This document shows positions 63,623 to 64,000 of a DNA stretch of 64,000 bases, piece after piece. The notes beneath the pieces are model-generated. The model searched no databases. It had not been told where the DNA came from and saw only the letters and a list, made by a program, of their open reading frames with translations. Numbering within the stretch: position 1 is the first letter of the stretch; each line of letters begins with the position of its first letter. The position numbers and the translations under genes are program-made. The DNA is from Armatimonadetes bacterium CG2_30_59_28 (GTDB lineage: Bacteria; Armatimonadota; Abditibacteriia; CG2-30-59-28): positions 5,100 to 69,099 of the forward strand of contig MNXM01000153.1 of assembly GCA_001872605.1 (NCBI GenBank), in the 5' to 3' direction.

Positions 63623-63958
63623 TCAATTTTCTTTTCTCCGCTGCTTCTCAATGGTCTCATTGATCCAACAGATCGCGGCGAAGGCGCTGGGCCAGCCGTT
63701 AGTGGTCACTGCGAGTATCCCTACGTGAACCAGTTCTTCCGGGGCGAGGCCCGCTTTGAGCGCTCTCCGGGTATGGGCGTTCACCGCTCCTTGTCGTCCC
63801 GAGCCGATGGCAATTGCCAGTTTGACCAACCGCTGAGTCTTCTCATCCAGGGGACCTGCGCACGCGATCGCTGCGCCGAGATTATTGTATGCTTCCCACA
63901 CGTCCGGATAGGCTTCGGCAAACTTCGCCAACACGCCCGGCAATTCCTGCTTTTCCAT
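63623..63958 (-). CDS. Carboxymuconolactone decarboxylase (AhpD-like) family protein
   Basis: GPLDEKTQRLVKLAIA, HTRRALKAG...EEL. Confidence 0.85.
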   Translation of the reverse strand: MEKQELPGVLAKFAEAYPDVWEAYNNLGAAIACAGPLDEKTQRLVKLAIAIGSGRQGAVNAHTRRALKAGLAPEELVHVGILAVTTNGWPSAFAAICWINETIEKQRRKEN

Positions 63959-64000
63959 GCTGCACCTCCTGTAATCTTGGACTGACATTGTAGCAAGTTC

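Noticed and set aside
1-64000. tRNA, rRNA, integrase or transposase genes
   Set aside because: No cloverleaf, rRNA-like tract or recombinase/transposase motif was recognised by eye or in the ORF track.

Overview
Bacterial chromosomal window, roughly 60% GC by eye, from a diderm (TolC, lipoproteins). The lineage cannot be fixed from sequence alone. It has three zones. (1) 1-34.6 kb is a housekeeping/accessory mix: mgtE, a NamZ-type muramidase, metH, FIST-mqnA, an M42 peptidase, a DUF2079-glycosidase-like fusion, a divergent sigma-70 factor, an mrp-iscS-nuoB-iscA-def-nfo cluster and several hypotheticals. (2) 35.6-50.9 kb is a minus-strand copper/heavy-metal island: a Cys-rich leader ORF ending in RAPP, DUF2231, an HMBD lipoprotein, a 4xHMBD RND adaptor, an HMA protein, an RND permease with unusual proton-relay residues, a TolC channel, an NlpC/P60 hydrolase, CopA and a nonsense-mutated HMBD lipoprotein. 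No transcriptional regulator gene is visible in it. (3) 51.3-64 kb holds a large secreted lyase-like protein, a decayed hicBA, a URO-D-like protein, dprA, a PQQ propeller, clpS and glnB-glnA. No rRNA, tRNA, CRISPR or transposase gene was seen, but the window has many small inverted-repeat elements. The two strongest leads are: (a) a probable metal-sensing RAPP ribosome-arrest leader heading the whole efflux island, and (b) a GGGTG...CACCC MITE family whose three main copies each end exactly 16 bp upstream of a sigma-70 -35 box and carry exchangeable palindromic cores. A related element with the same end motif encloses a GTAG-type REP doublet.
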